A stretch of DNA of 64,000 bases. Source: Histomonas meleagridis 2922-C6/04-290x. Its lineage: Eukaryota; Protista; Parabasalia. The notes beneath the pieces are model-generated. The model had not been told where the DNA came from, did no database searches, and was given only the letters and a program-made list of their open reading frames with translations. Below, one piece after another: positions 20,800 through 32,143 of this stretch; the first letter of the stretch is position 1, and each line of letters opens with the position of its first letter. Position numbers and translations under genes: made by a program. The stretch covers positions 1 through 64,000 of the forward strand of contig JAANOX010000084.1 in NCBI GenBank assembly GCA_020184695.1. Reading direction: 5' to 3'.

Positions 20800-21900
20800 A
20801 TTCAAATTTCTTTATTGAACCTAAATTCTTTAGAAAGATTTGTAATGACAAAAAGAAATAAATGGGTAAAACCAAGAACACATTTGCAAGAAACTTGCAA
20901 ATAAATCAGTCAAAAAAGATACAGAAAGCTTGTCAGTTCACTTGTATAACTATTGTTGATACATGTTTAATTGATTTAGCTATCGGAATATGTTTGCAGA
21001 GCTGAAACGTAAGGCATCAAGGAAATTTCCTTGGAAGGAAAAACTCTCATAAATTTAACAACAATGCATTTTACATAAAAAATCATCAAAATATATAAAA
21101 ATTTGGAGAAGAGGTTAATCTGAATGAAATTACAAAAATAATTCGAAATGATGAAATCGAAAAACTTCAAGAAATTTCATCACAAACAAATTTTAATTTT
21201 AATAAAGAAATCGAATTATCAGTTTATGAAAGTTGTGATTTTATTAATCATTTCGTTTCATTAATTGATTATGCAGCATTTTTTGGATAAATTCAATGTT
21301 TTAAATATTTACTTATGAATGGTTCTAAATTAGAAAACACAGGTAAATATGCTGTTGCAAATGGAAATGAAGAAATCATTCATTTATGTGAACAAAATCA
21401 TTCAACATTTAAAGATGCTTATAAAGCAGCAATTAAATTCCATAAAAATAATATCTTAAAATATCTTTAAGATAATCGAAATGAAGATATTAACAATTTA
21501 GAAGAGTTAGGAAAGAAATGTGTTTCATATAATAATTTGGATGTGTTTCTGATATTACACAAAGAAGGAATGAAAACTAATAATGATATTATTAATGAAT
21601 TCGCAAGAATCGGAAATATATTCCTTATAAAGCATTTTCATAAATATTAATGAAAAAAATTTAAAAGATATGCAGTCAAAGCAAACAAACACTTTATTTG
21701 GAATTAAAAACAGAGATAAAATCAATGATTTGGTGTGTGCTTGCATTGATATTGATTATTATGAAATTTTATAATTTTAGGAAGCATGGAAACTAATAAT
21801 TATATTGTTAATGAATCATTGGAAACTGGAAATTTATAACTTGTTAAATACTTTCTTCAAAATAATCAAGTTACAAAGAATGTTTTGCTTTTTGCTTCAT
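20800..21900 (+). pseudogene. DUF3447-ankyrin pseudogene (copy 4)
   Basis: 21120-21640 is near-identical in parts to copy 2 and copy 5. It has nonsense codons (TAA at 21288-21290, another near 21468) and frameshifts. Confidence 0.8.
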
Positions 21901-22415
21901 ATTCAGAGAATGTTGAACATGTGCAATGTTTGTTTTGAAATTTAATGTTTTGAATTTTATCTAAATAAATTTGATCTTATTTTTTTATTTTGAAATTTGT
22001 TATAATATTTTAAAATTTATTTGATTTATTTTAATAATTTGATATTTATATTATAATAAAATACTTCATATCGGTATCACATTTTTGTATCTCATATGAA
22101 CTTCAAAATTAGCTAATTCTTCATAAAACTTAAGCTAAGACAGATTTTATTTTTATGAATTTATTTTGATTGTCCCGTCGTTCGTTTTGTTATAAACTTT
22201 GTACAAAGTTTGAACAAATATTCACAACTTCATTCAATGTAACCGAAAACGATTTATTTTGGTTTAATTCTTCTTATCGAACTTCTCAAATTCAAGCAAT
22301 TATGATGGGACATATGTTGAAAAATTGAATCTGAATTTGCAATCTGATTGGCCTGACATTCGTTCAATTTATTTGACCAAATTGAATTGAACGGATAACA
22401 TTCCATTTTTATATT

Positions 22416-23315
22416 ATGCGTTTTAACAATGTTCTTGAAACAGTTGGTAATACACCAATTATTAGGTTAAATCATCTTATCAAGCGAGGTGACATTGAAG
22501 TATATGCTAAACTCGAAGGATATAATCCAACAGGTTCAGTTAAAGATCGTATTGCACTTAACATGATTATTGAAGCCGAGAAAAGTGGAGAACTTCGAAA
22601 AGATAAAATTATCTTAGAGGCAACATCAGGAAACACTGGAATCGGTTTATCAATGATTGGTAAATTAAAGGGCTACAAAGTTATAACTGTTTTACCTGAA
22701 TCTGTTTCGATTGAAAGAAGGAAAATCCTAAAATCATTTGGAGCCGAAATAATACTTACGCCTGCAAATGAAGGTACTGATGGAGCAATCCGAAAAGCGC
22801 ATGAAATTTATAATTTAAGTCCCGAAAAGTATTTTATGCCAAATCAATTTTCTAATGTAAATAATTATCTGGCACATTATAACCATACTGGAAAAGAACT
22901 ATGGGAACAAACTCAAGGAAAAATTACACATTTTGTTGGTTCCATTGGCACTTCTGGTACATTAATGGGCGTTAGCAGGAGATTAAAAGAATTAAATCCA
23001 AACATTAAAATCATAGAAGCACAACCTGTTAAAGGTCATAAAATCCAAGGATTAAAGAATATGACTGAAGCCATAATACCTGCAATTTATGATGAAGGTA
23101 AAGTAGATGAAATTATTATGATCGAAACTGAAGACGCTTATGATGTCGCAAGAAGGATTACCTTGGAAGAAGGTATATTCGTCGGAATGTCATCAGGTGC
23201 AGCAATGCTTGCAACACTACAACTGGTTGAAAATGTACCTTCTGGAAGTGTAATCGTAGTATTATTCCCTGATCGTGGTGAGAAGTATTTATCTACAGTA
23301 TTATATCAAGAATGA
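22416..23315 (+). CDS. Cysteine synthase (O-acetylserine sulfhydrylase, CysK/CysM family)
   Basis: VGNTPIIRL, KLEGYNPTGSVKDR (PLP Lys), EATSGNTGIG, PNQFSN, GTSGT, GMSSGAA, PDRGEKYLST. Confidence 0.95.
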   Translation: MRFNNVLETVGNTPIIRLNHLIKRGDIEVYAKLEGYNPTGSVKDRIALNMIIEAEKSGELRKDKIILEATSGNTGIGLSMIGKLKGYKVITVLPESVSIERRKILKSFGAEIILTPANEGTDGAIRKAHEIYNLSPEKYFMPNQFSNVNNYLAHYNHTGKELWEQTQGKITHFVGSIGTSGTLMGVSRRLKELNPNIKIIEAQPVKGHKIQGLKNMTEAIIPAIYDEGKVDEIIMIETEDAYDVARRITLEEGIFVGMSSGAAMLATLQLVENVPSGSVIVVLFPDRGEKYLSTVLYQE

Positions 23316-23840
23316 TTGATATAATAATCAGTAAACACATCTCAAAAAAAAATATTTTCAAACTTTCTTGTATTAACTGATTGAGAAACTGCTTTTATTA
23401 TCAGAGATTATTTGAATAATATCGCAATACTAAAACTTTAGATGTGATACAACTTTGATTTTTTTTAAATGTATACATAACAAAACAAGTCATACATTGA
23501 CATAGTAAAAAATTCTTTACCTTGATAAAAATATCATTCATAGAAGCCTTTTTCAACCTGCAAAAAAAGCATATGTATGCATTCCACGTTTAATGAATTA
23601 ATATGAAATAATATCATTGTATCTCACACACAATTTTTTTTTTTAAATTATCGTTTTTAACTACTTCCGATTTGATGCAATTGTAAAAATTTAAATCTTC
23701 TGCAATTTAGTGATCAAATCGTTATATATATATTCCCAATTATACGCAGATGTATTTAAGCAAACAGTTTTTCACTGTGTCTTAAAATATATCAAAACGC
23801 AATAAATTAAAACATTTACACACGAAAACATAAAAATTTC

Positions 23841-25181
23841 TTACAATTTTACTGCAAAAACATTTTGGTCTGGAGACACGTAATTTCTATTCAAATAATT
23901 CAACAATTTCATTGCGCAGACATCTGCCGCAGTTTGCATCGAAGCGAATTTCTTTGTATTATTTGAAGCTATTGAGAACAAATACGACAATTGTCCCTTT
24001 AACTTATTAATGATTTTAATCAAAATTTTATTGTTCCAAAAGAACTGAACAACTTCAACGAATTCTTCGACGTTTGGTAACTCATTAAACAAATCTTCGA
24101 ATTTTATGTTTTTTGTCCATTGGAAAAGCACTAACGAAACGCAACTTAAGTTACCAAATAATTCGATTCCACACTCAGCAAATATCGAATCGATTACTCG
24201 ATATTGTATGTAATATAAATTTAATGCATTCGTAAAACGCGAAAATGAATTCGTTGAATTGTAATTAAATGAAGAAAGTAAATAATACTTCGATTGATTC
24301 GTATGTTCGGATAATGTATCAAGCATTAGACCAAAGTTAGATATGAAATCTGAATCATTACTAACGTTAATTTTGGGTAAGTTCGGAAATTCCGAAATAT
24401 TTTCAGTTAGAATTTTTTTGATGTGTTGCTCAACATTCGAATTTTGATATGTACGTTGGAGCAATAAGATTGGAATGTCACTGCCAACAGCAAACGAGAT
24501 GATAAATGACGCAAATTTGGGATATATTTCATTTTGGTTATGGAAAAAATTAAAAATAAAGGAAAAAGTGCCAAAATTTTGAGTGGCATTTTGGAAAGAG
24601 GCAAAAAGAGTATCTAAGGAGCCACCATTACTTAGGGTTTGAAGAAATAAAAAACAATTTTTGCGTTCTTCATTGAATTGTCGTTCTTGTGAAAATATAT
24701 TATTGAAATTAATCGTTGACATGGGAATTTGATCACCTTCTAAATGTTCTGTTTCATCTGGATAATATTGGAAATCATCTGTTTCTTCTGGAATTGAATC
24801 TGTATCAATCAATGATAAGATTTCTTGAATAAGTGGAATTAAATAAGCAGGAGCTTCTGTTAATGAGCGAAGATTAGATACCGCTTTCTGAAAATCCCAA
24901 ACAGATAAAGGACCATCTAAAGCAAGTGAAAGTATGGAATAATTTACAAAGGCAATTTGATGAGGATGTTCAAGGCTCATCCCGCTCTTACATAGATTAA
25001 GATATTGGAGTGTAGTAAAAACTTGAAGAACTTGAAAATAGTCCATAGAATATTGAATAAAAGTATTTATCACATATCCAGGATCTCCCTGTATTTTGGG
25101 TACTAACTCTCTTCTCATTTTTAGGCGTAGAGCCATGTTATTCTGTGGAGATTGCATGGATAATATTCCCTGCTCCTCCAT
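23841..25181 (-). CDS. Hypothetical protein, 446 aa (probably alpha-helical)
   Basis: Long ATG-started open frame with no recognised motif. Confidence 0.7.
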   Translation of the reverse strand: MEEQGILSMQSPQNNMALRLKMRRELVPKIQGDPGYVINTFIQYSMDYFQVLQVFTTLQYLNLCKSGMSLEHPHQIAFVNYSILSLALDGPLSVWDFQKAVSNLRSLTEAPAYLIPLIQEILSLIDTDSIPEETDDFQYYPDETEHLEGDQIPMSTINFNNIFSQERQFNEERKNCFLFLQTLSNGGSLDTLFASFQNATQNFGTFSFIFNFFHNQNEIYPKFASFIISFAVGSDIPILLLQRTYQNSNVEQHIKKILTENISEFPNLPKINVSNDSDFISNFGLMLDTLSEHTNQSKYYLLSSFNYNSTNSFSRFTNALNLYYIQYRVIDSIFAECGIELFGNLSCVSLVLFQWTKNIKFEDLFNELPNVEEFVEVVQFFWNNKILIKIINKLKGQLSYLFSIASNNTKKFASMQTAADVCAMKLLNYLNRNYVSPDQNVFAVKL

Positions 25182-25382
25182 TTTAATGACATTTTGTTTT
25201 TATCAGAAAATTTAACTTTTTCTACATAAATAATTGACATCAAACAATGTGACATGGCTGAAAAAAAAAATATGAAAAAAAGGAAATTAATCAACATAAA
25301 TTTATGTTTGTTATTACTTGTACCTAGAAAACAAAAAAAAAATTATGACAATCGTTTATTTAAAAAAAATCTAATTTGATTA

Positions 25383-25742
25383 TTAATACTGTGATTGTTT
25401 TAAAAGTTGTGCACGTTTCTCATACAGTAAACGCACTTCTTTTTCTAACTGAATTATGTATTCTGTTTGATTATCTTCTTTTGTCTTTCCTTCATCATTG
25501 TTTTGATCCTGTAATTTTATTTCATAATCACAGAGGTTTTGCAATTCACTTAATGTTTCCTCTTCTTTCCTCAGGTTTTCCTTAAGTTCCTGATTTTTTT
25601 TCTTTGAATGTTCAATTTGAGAATTGACAGACATTTCAATCATTATAATTTCCTCTAGTTCCTTAGCATCTTGAATTAGTTTCCTTTTTAAAGGTTCCAA
25701 TTCTTTATTATCTGGTTTCTTTGGACTTTTATTTTTTTTCAT
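25383..25742 (-). CDS. Hypothetical coiled-coil protein
   Basis: ATG preceded by GTGTCACTTT (Inr). E/K/Q-rich heptads. Confidence 0.65.
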   Translation of the reverse strand: MKKNKSPKKPDNKELEPLKRKLIQDAKELEEIIMIEMSVNSQIEHSKKKNQELKENLRKEEETLSELQNLCDYEIKLQDQNNDEGKTKEDNQTEYIIQLEKEVRLLYEKRAQLLKQSQY

Positions 25743-25793
25743 CTGAAGAAATAATAAAAAGTGACACTTTCGAACGTTAAGAAAAACATTGTT

Positions 25794-26525
25794 TTACTTA
25801 TTATTTACTAAATTTTCTGGTTCTGGAGCTGGTGTTGGGGTCGGCTTTACTTCTGGAGAAGATCTACATCTAGGTTTAAGATCAAAACCACCACAACCAA
25901 TTACAAGTAATAAGTATAAAATAATAAGAACACCAACACCTATCAAAATCCAAAACTTGAATCGGTTCCACCAAAAGTATTTCTTCAATTTGGTTGATTG
26001 TTTGTTGAATTCAGTTGACTTGGTTTCTACTTCTTGTGCATCTTCATCTAATTCTTCAATAACTTCACCGCGAAGGATGGCTTCTCGTAAATTATCCTTC
26101 ATTTTTACAACTGTGTCATCAAGATTTGTTTTGATTTGTGCGATTTTTGCCCTTGTACCTCTTTCGATTTGACGTTGTATTTCTTCTAAGTACGGTTTAA
26201 ATGAATCTTGGAACTGTAAGTGTTCGGCAGTTTTCCATTGTGCTGCGTATTGTGACAAAAATTTTCCACGGATTGATTGTAGGAAATCACCCATAATTTT
26301 TTCGTCCATTTGTCCACCGCTTGTAACCAGCATTATGTTAAAGTCATTGTCATCGTGGAGTATTCCAATAAGCGAGTTATTTGCTTGGCGGAAAATCATT
26401 GGAGATTTAATTCCATTGTTATATATGTTAAGATAAAGTTGGTCATAATTGCCCATCACTGGAGTGTGGACTGCTAATGCCTTTGTTCCGTTATATACAG
26501 CAATAAAAACACAGTTTGTCGACAT
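25794..26525 (-). CDS. Longin-type R-SNARE (VAMP7/synaptobrevin-like)
   Basis: Longin-like N-terminus, SNARE motif with zero-layer Arg (MKDNLREAILRGEVIEEL), WWNRFK followed by a TM helix. Confidence 0.88.
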   Translation of the reverse strand: MSTNCVFIAVYNGTKALAVHTPVMGNYDQLYLNIYNNGIKSPMIFRQANNSLIGILHDDNDFNIMLVTSGGQMDEKIMGDFLQSIRGKFLSQYAAQWKTAEHLQFQDSFKPYLEEIQRQIERGTRAKIAQIKTNLDDTVVKMKDNLREAILRGEVIEELDEDAQEVETKSTEFNKQSTKLKKYFWWNRFKFWILIGVGVLIILYLLLVIGCGGFDLKPRCRSSPEVKPTPTPAPEPENLVNNK

Positions 26526-27130
26526 TGAAAATTGTCTGTAGGATTTCTGAAAATTTCAGTGCTTAAAATTGTGTAAACATCGGAAAACAAATTTAAAACA
26601 TTTTTTCTTTGCGTGCCATAATCTCATCATAATGAAATTGTTGAATGGACGAATCCATTTCTATTTTATCATTTTTTTGATACAAACATACTTTAATGTA
26701 TAACGCTATTATTACGATCTCTGAATATAAATCAGTAAATTTAATATTGAACAAAAAAAGGCATTTAGAGATTGTTTACTTTTTTGCAAAAAAAATATTT
26801 TTGATGAATCATATTTATATAAAATTACAATTTTTCAAAATGATTATTCAAAATAAGTTAATAAGTATTTTTACGGTAAATTTCAATTTCTTAAAAAGGC
26901 CCTTCTAATATAGTGGCGCTTTTTCTTTTTTCCTTAAATACAGATTATTAATGATTTTAAACTATTAAAATAAAAAATCAAAGTTCATCACATTTTGTTA
27001 TCCATTATATTAAAGCTTGTCTAAACATGAATACTTTAATAAAAAAAGATTCATTTTATTCTTTTTTTAACATTTTTTACTTTCATTTGAATAAAGAGAA
27101 AAATAGGCCAAAAGTGACACTCAAATCCTA

Positions 27131-27904
27131 ATGGATGAAATAACTAAAACACTTCCAGAGTTCTATCATTCAATGGAAAGAATACAATGGCCTGAAGAAT
27201 CGATTGTTCGTGTTCAAACAAATGATGGCAATCAAATGGTTCTTCACACACCAATTCTTAAGTGTCGTTGGCAATTATTTGCCGAACATCCAGATGAAGC
27301 GCTTGAAATCATTCAGAATTCCAGCAGTGAAGAACTCCGTGCTATTTTATTATACACTTATTCTGATCTTCCAGCTCGAAGATCTCTTTCACCTATTTTC
27401 CAGAAATGTCAACTTAACCAACCTCAATCATTACAAGAATCCACATTTGTTGAAGACATGCGAAAACTTATGCATGATTCATCCACCACAGATTTCAAAT
27501 TAATAACCGAAGATAATTGCGTTGTTCCTGTACATCGTGCGATTCTTGCTGTACGTTCCCGGTATTTTCGTTCCATGATAATCACCAATTCACTTGAGGT
27601 TATGAATGGGGAATGGAAATCTCCACGCCCAATATCATTGCCAACCATGCAATACTTCGTTGAGTATATGTACACCGGCCAAATAATGTCTCCGCGGACA
27701 TTTGACCTTATTCCACTAGTTTGGTTGGTTAAGTATTTGCGATTGTCGGGCGAAAAAGAAGTCGAAAACATAATAATTTCTGCTTTAACACGCGAATTAA
27801 ATGATGAAACTCAAGAGGAAATGCATGAAGCTGCAAAGCATTGGGGCGCAAAATGTGTAATTGATGTAATCGATAAATATGTATCGACAAGAAAAAAATT
27901 ATAA
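27131..27904 (+). CDS. BTB/POZ domain protein
   Basis: TDFKLITEDNCVVPVHRAILAVRSRYFRSMI...FVEYMYTG, preceded by a second degenerate BTB. AAAAGTGAC lies upstream of the ATG. Confidence 0.88.
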   Translation: MDEITKTLPEFYHSMERIQWPEESIVRVQTNDGNQMVLHTPILKCRWQLFAEHPDEALEIIQNSSSEELRAILLYTYSDLPARRSLSPIFQKCQLNQPQSLQESTFVEDMRKLMHDSSTTDFKLITEDNCVVPVHRAILAVRSRYFRSMIITNSLEVMNGEWKSPRPISLPTMQYFVEYMYTGQIMSPRTFDLIPLVWLVKYLRLSGEKEVENIIISALTRELNDETQEEMHEAAKHWGAKCVIDVIDKYVSTRKKL

Positions 27905-28475
27905 ATATGTAAACTAAAAATATAAATAATTTTGGTGAAAGTTATAAATATTATTGTAATTTTGTATAGAAATTGCTGTCATGGAGTAATATATTATAAT
28001 AAATAATACCAAAATTGATCAGTTGATATTTAGAATGAAGAAATTTGATTTTTGATTTAAATGTTCAACATGTAAATATTGTATGAGAACAACAACCCAT
28101 TGGGTATAAATATTTATATATGTTAGATACGAATTATCGATAACATTCTAAATATGTTTCAATTGGTGTAAACTTTCACTAGTTTTAAAATTTTTTATGT
28201 AATAAGTAAATAATCAAAATTATGATCATCATAGTAAAAGAGATAATGTTATTATTATACATTATTGTTAAATTTGATAGTTTTTTCCCATTTTTTATAC
28301 TGGTATATATTTTGATACCGTATGAAAATAGTTTACACAGTTAAAAATAAAAAAATTTTAAAAATATATTAATATATTTTTACATGATGATAACTTGCAA
28401 TCTCATTTTTTGTTAAAAAATAAAATGGATTAAATCCGTTTTTATTTCTTCAGCTTTTGCTAGAAAATAGTTGTA

Positions 28476-31468
28476 TTAACTTTTTTCAAATTCTGTAGAT
28501 GAATTTTTTTTCAAATCGACTACTTTCATATGACCATTTCTAGCTTCTAATATGATGACTGTATCAAATATTTTATTTAATTTTTAAATTTTGTTATGAA
28601 AAATCAAATCATTAAAATAAACTTGAACCAATAAAAACAAACATCTTTCGCATTAATATCAATTTTTTGTTGTTCAAGTAGAAACTTAACAGTTTCTACA
28701 TGACCATTTTCTGCTGCAAACATAAGAGGTGTTTTAAATAATTTAAATAATTTCTAAATATTATTTAAAAACATAAAATTTATGAAAAAAATTCGAAACA
28801 CAACGAATAAACACCTCTTTCATTAATATTTATCCCTTTGCAAGCAATAAATAGTTTAACTATTCCAACAAAGCCTTTTTCAGATGCAATCATTAGAGAT
28901 GTTTTAAATAATTTGATTAATTTCCAAATATATTTTTAAAACAGAAAGTTAACAAAAGAAGAATTGAATTCAAAAAATGAATATCTTTATTATTTATCTC
29001 AATTTCCTCTTGTTCAAGAAGTCATTTAACAATTTCTGTATGACCATTTTCTGATGCATACATAAGTGCTGTTTTAAATAAATCAAATAATTATCCAATA
29101 CAATTTTGAAACATCAAACAAAACAAATAAATATTTTTGACATTTATTTCAATTCCTTCTTGTTCAAGAAGATATTTAACAATTTCTGTATGGCCATTTT
29201 CAGCTGCATACATAAGTACTGTTTTAAAAATTTGAAATAATTTCCAATTATTGTTTTGATATATTAATTAAAATAAATAAATATTTTTAGCGTTAACATC
29301 AATTCCTTCTTGTTCAAGAAGTAATTTAACAATTTCTGTATGACCTTTCTCACATGCAATCATGAGAACTGTTTTAATATATTTAGTTAAACTCCATACA
29401 TTAATAACTAAACATAAAATCATCGAAACAAAATTGAAATTAAAAAATTAAAAATTTTTTGGATTAACATCAACTCCTTCTTTAAGAAGTAATTTAACAA
29501 TTTCGATGTTATTACATTCACATAGAAAATGAAGAGCAAAATAAAATTTAATGAAGAAATCCCTAATATAAATTTAAAACATTAAAAGGAAAATTTGATT
29601 ATTTTGACAAACAAAGAAATTCTTTTTATATCATTTTTAACTTCATCATGTTCTAGAAGTAATTTAATAATTTCAGAAGAACAATTGCTGTAAGCATAAA
29701 AAAATGCAGTCAAAAATACTTTGATTATAATCCATGTAATATATTGAGACATCAAAATATTATAACATATAATATGTAATATAAATTAATAGAAGCAGTC
29801 AAAACATCTATTCCCTCTTGTTCAAGAAGTAACTTAACAATTTCAACATATTCATATTGAGATGCATAAATTAATGCTGTTTTAAATGATTTAAATAAAT
29901 TCCAAATATTGAATAAGAACAAGAAAATTTAGAAATGAACATCAAAACAAAAAAAAATTACATTTTTAGCATTAATATCTACATTTTGATTGGCGAGAAG
30001 TAATTTAACTATTTCAGTTTTACCACAAAGTGATGCATACATAAGTGCTGTCATATATAATAATATATAACTCCAAATTATACAATGAAATACTAAATTT
30101 TTATTAAAAACATTAAATAAAATCAATAAAAATCTATTTCATTAACATTAACTTCTTTTTGTTGAAGAAGAATTTCAACAATATCTGCATAATCTTTTTC
30201 AGCAGAAATCATTAATGGCGTTTTAAATTATTTAAATAAATTCCAAATAATTTATTAAAATTATAAATCAACAAGATTTACATAATACAAAATTAATAAA
30301 TATTTTTTGGAATCAATTTTCTTATTTTCAATAATGAATTTAATAACATCAAAATTTTCAATTTCTAATAAGGACAATAAAATATCATTCGGATAATTAT
30401 AATTTATAAAATGTTTAACAAGAAACATATTACCAATTTTAGATGATTCAACCAAAAATGAATCATATATTGCCATACCATTTTCTTCTAGAAAAGAAAG
30501 AATTTCAAAGTTATCATATTTTATACATTTTATTCCAAGATCACTCATATTTCCTATTGCAACAATTTGATTTTCATAAAGATATTTAAAAATATCATTT
30601 CGATGGAATCTAATTGCTGCTTTATAAGCATCTTTAAATGTTGAATGATTTTGTTCACATAAATGAATGATTTCTTCATTTCCATTTGCAACTGCATATT
30701 TACCTGTGTTTTCGACATTTGCACCATTCATTAGTAAATATTTAAAACATTGAATTTATCCAAAAAATGCTGCATAATCAATTAATGAAACGAAATGATT
30801 AATAAAATCACAACTTTCATAAAGTGATGGCTCAATTGTTTGATTAAAATTAAAATTTGTTTGTGATGAAATTTCTTGAAGTTTTTCGACTTCATCATTT
30901 CGAATTATTTTTGCAATTACATTTGGATTATGTCCTTCTTTAATGAATTGCTTATGAAGTTCCCAATCGTTATTTTTTATTCGAGCAAGATTTGGTAAAT
31001 TCATGAATATTTTCTTAAACCGAGAGTTTATATATTTTATATCTGCTAGATCCATATAATGAGCAAAGTATAATGTTTTTTTCTTTTTTAAAGTATTATC
31101 ATCAATAATATTTTGTTCGAATAATTTTACCAAAAAATAATTTGTTGTATTTGATTTATAAGAAAATTAATAAAAACTTCTGTAATTGGTTGTTTAACTT
31201 TTCTTATTTCGGCTTCTTTTTCTTCAATAACTTTCAAAAAATTATAATAAAAACTAACATTTTTCATTTGTGAAACATATGATGAATATATTAATCGGCA
31301 AATAACTATATTGAATGAGTTTATATTTTCATCAAGAAAATTCATAATTGAATTAACTGTTTCATTCATGAGATCATCACTTAATTCATATATCATTTTC
31401 TCAATCAAAAGTAATGATTGAATATCATTTTTGTTTGAAGATTGAATACGAGTATTGTTGTTTCCCAT
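28476..31468 (-). pseudogene. DUF3447-ankyrin family gene copy 5 with 11 spacer-interrupted ankyrin repeats; disrupted
   Basis: ATG at 31468, frameshift near 31130, TAA at 30756-30758 and TGA at 29022-29024. Ankyrin blocks are 87 nt (one is 84 nt), with the T codon at 30221, 30051, 29880, 29710, 29372, 29222, 29072, 28902, 28732 and 28562. Confidence 0.75.
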
Positions 31469-31498
31469 TTTTTTATTTATGAAAAAAGTGACAGAAAA
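31469..31498. promoter_or_regulatory. 30-bp divergent intergenic region containing AAAGTGAC (reads GTCACTTT, an Inr, on the minus strand)
   Basis: Lies between the ATG at 31468 (minus) and the ATG at 31499 (plus). Confidence 0.55.
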
Positions 31499-31969
31499 AT
31501 GTCGTTAACAATTCACACCGACGTTGGCGATATTAAAGTCGAATTATTTTGTGATGAAGCACCAGATGCATGCAAAAATTTCCTGGCTTTGTGTGCTAGT
31601 GGATTTTATAATGGTTTGGCTTTTCATCGAATTATTCCAGGATTTCTGATACAAACAGGAGACAACTCAAAAACAGGAATTGGTGGAAGAAGTGCATTAG
31701 GTGAGTCTGTTGAAGTTCAGCCAACAGCAAAATTTAATGAACCAGGGGTTCTTGGATACGCAGAAAAAGAATCTGTTCGTTCTCAATTCTTTATCACTGT
31801 TTCTCCTCAGCCACAGCTAAATGGTGAATACTGTGGGTTTGGACACGTAATATTTGGATTGAATAACGTTGAATCAATTAATCGTATTCCTACTCTAGAA
31901 GACTTTTACCCCATTAAACCAGTACGTATAAAGTCCATAACTATTCATGCAAATCCATTTGCAAAATAA
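31499..31969 (+). CDS. Cyclophilin-type peptidyl-prolyl isomerase (PPIL3-like)
   Basis: MSLTIHTDVGDIKVELFCDEAPDACKNFLALCASGFY..FHRIIPGFLIQTGD; SQFFIT; FGHVIFG. Confidence 0.92.
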   Translation: MSLTIHTDVGDIKVELFCDEAPDACKNFLALCASGFYNGLAFHRIIPGFLIQTGDNSKTGIGGRSALGESVEVQPTAKFNEPGVLGYAEKESVRSQFFITVSPQPQLNGEYCGFGHVIFGLNNVESINRIPTLEDFYPIKPVRIKSITIHANPFAK

Positions 31970-32143
31970 ATATATATGTATCTTTAAAATTTGAAAATAA
32001 ATCATTGCTTTTCTTATAAAATAATTTCATTCTCTTGTGAAGAAACAGTGATTAGTTATACAATGCTTAAATATTAGAAGAAAACACAAAATTTAGTGAA
32101 GAAAAAATAAACGGTATTTCATACGTTAAGTAAAAGATAAAAA

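Noticed and set aside
19137-23315. Bacterial contamination or a bacterial contig (malic enzyme, cysteine synthase)
   Set aside because: The genes are interleaved with eukaryotic genes and family pseudogenes, carry Inr-type promoters, and have no operon structure or Shine-Dalgarno sites.
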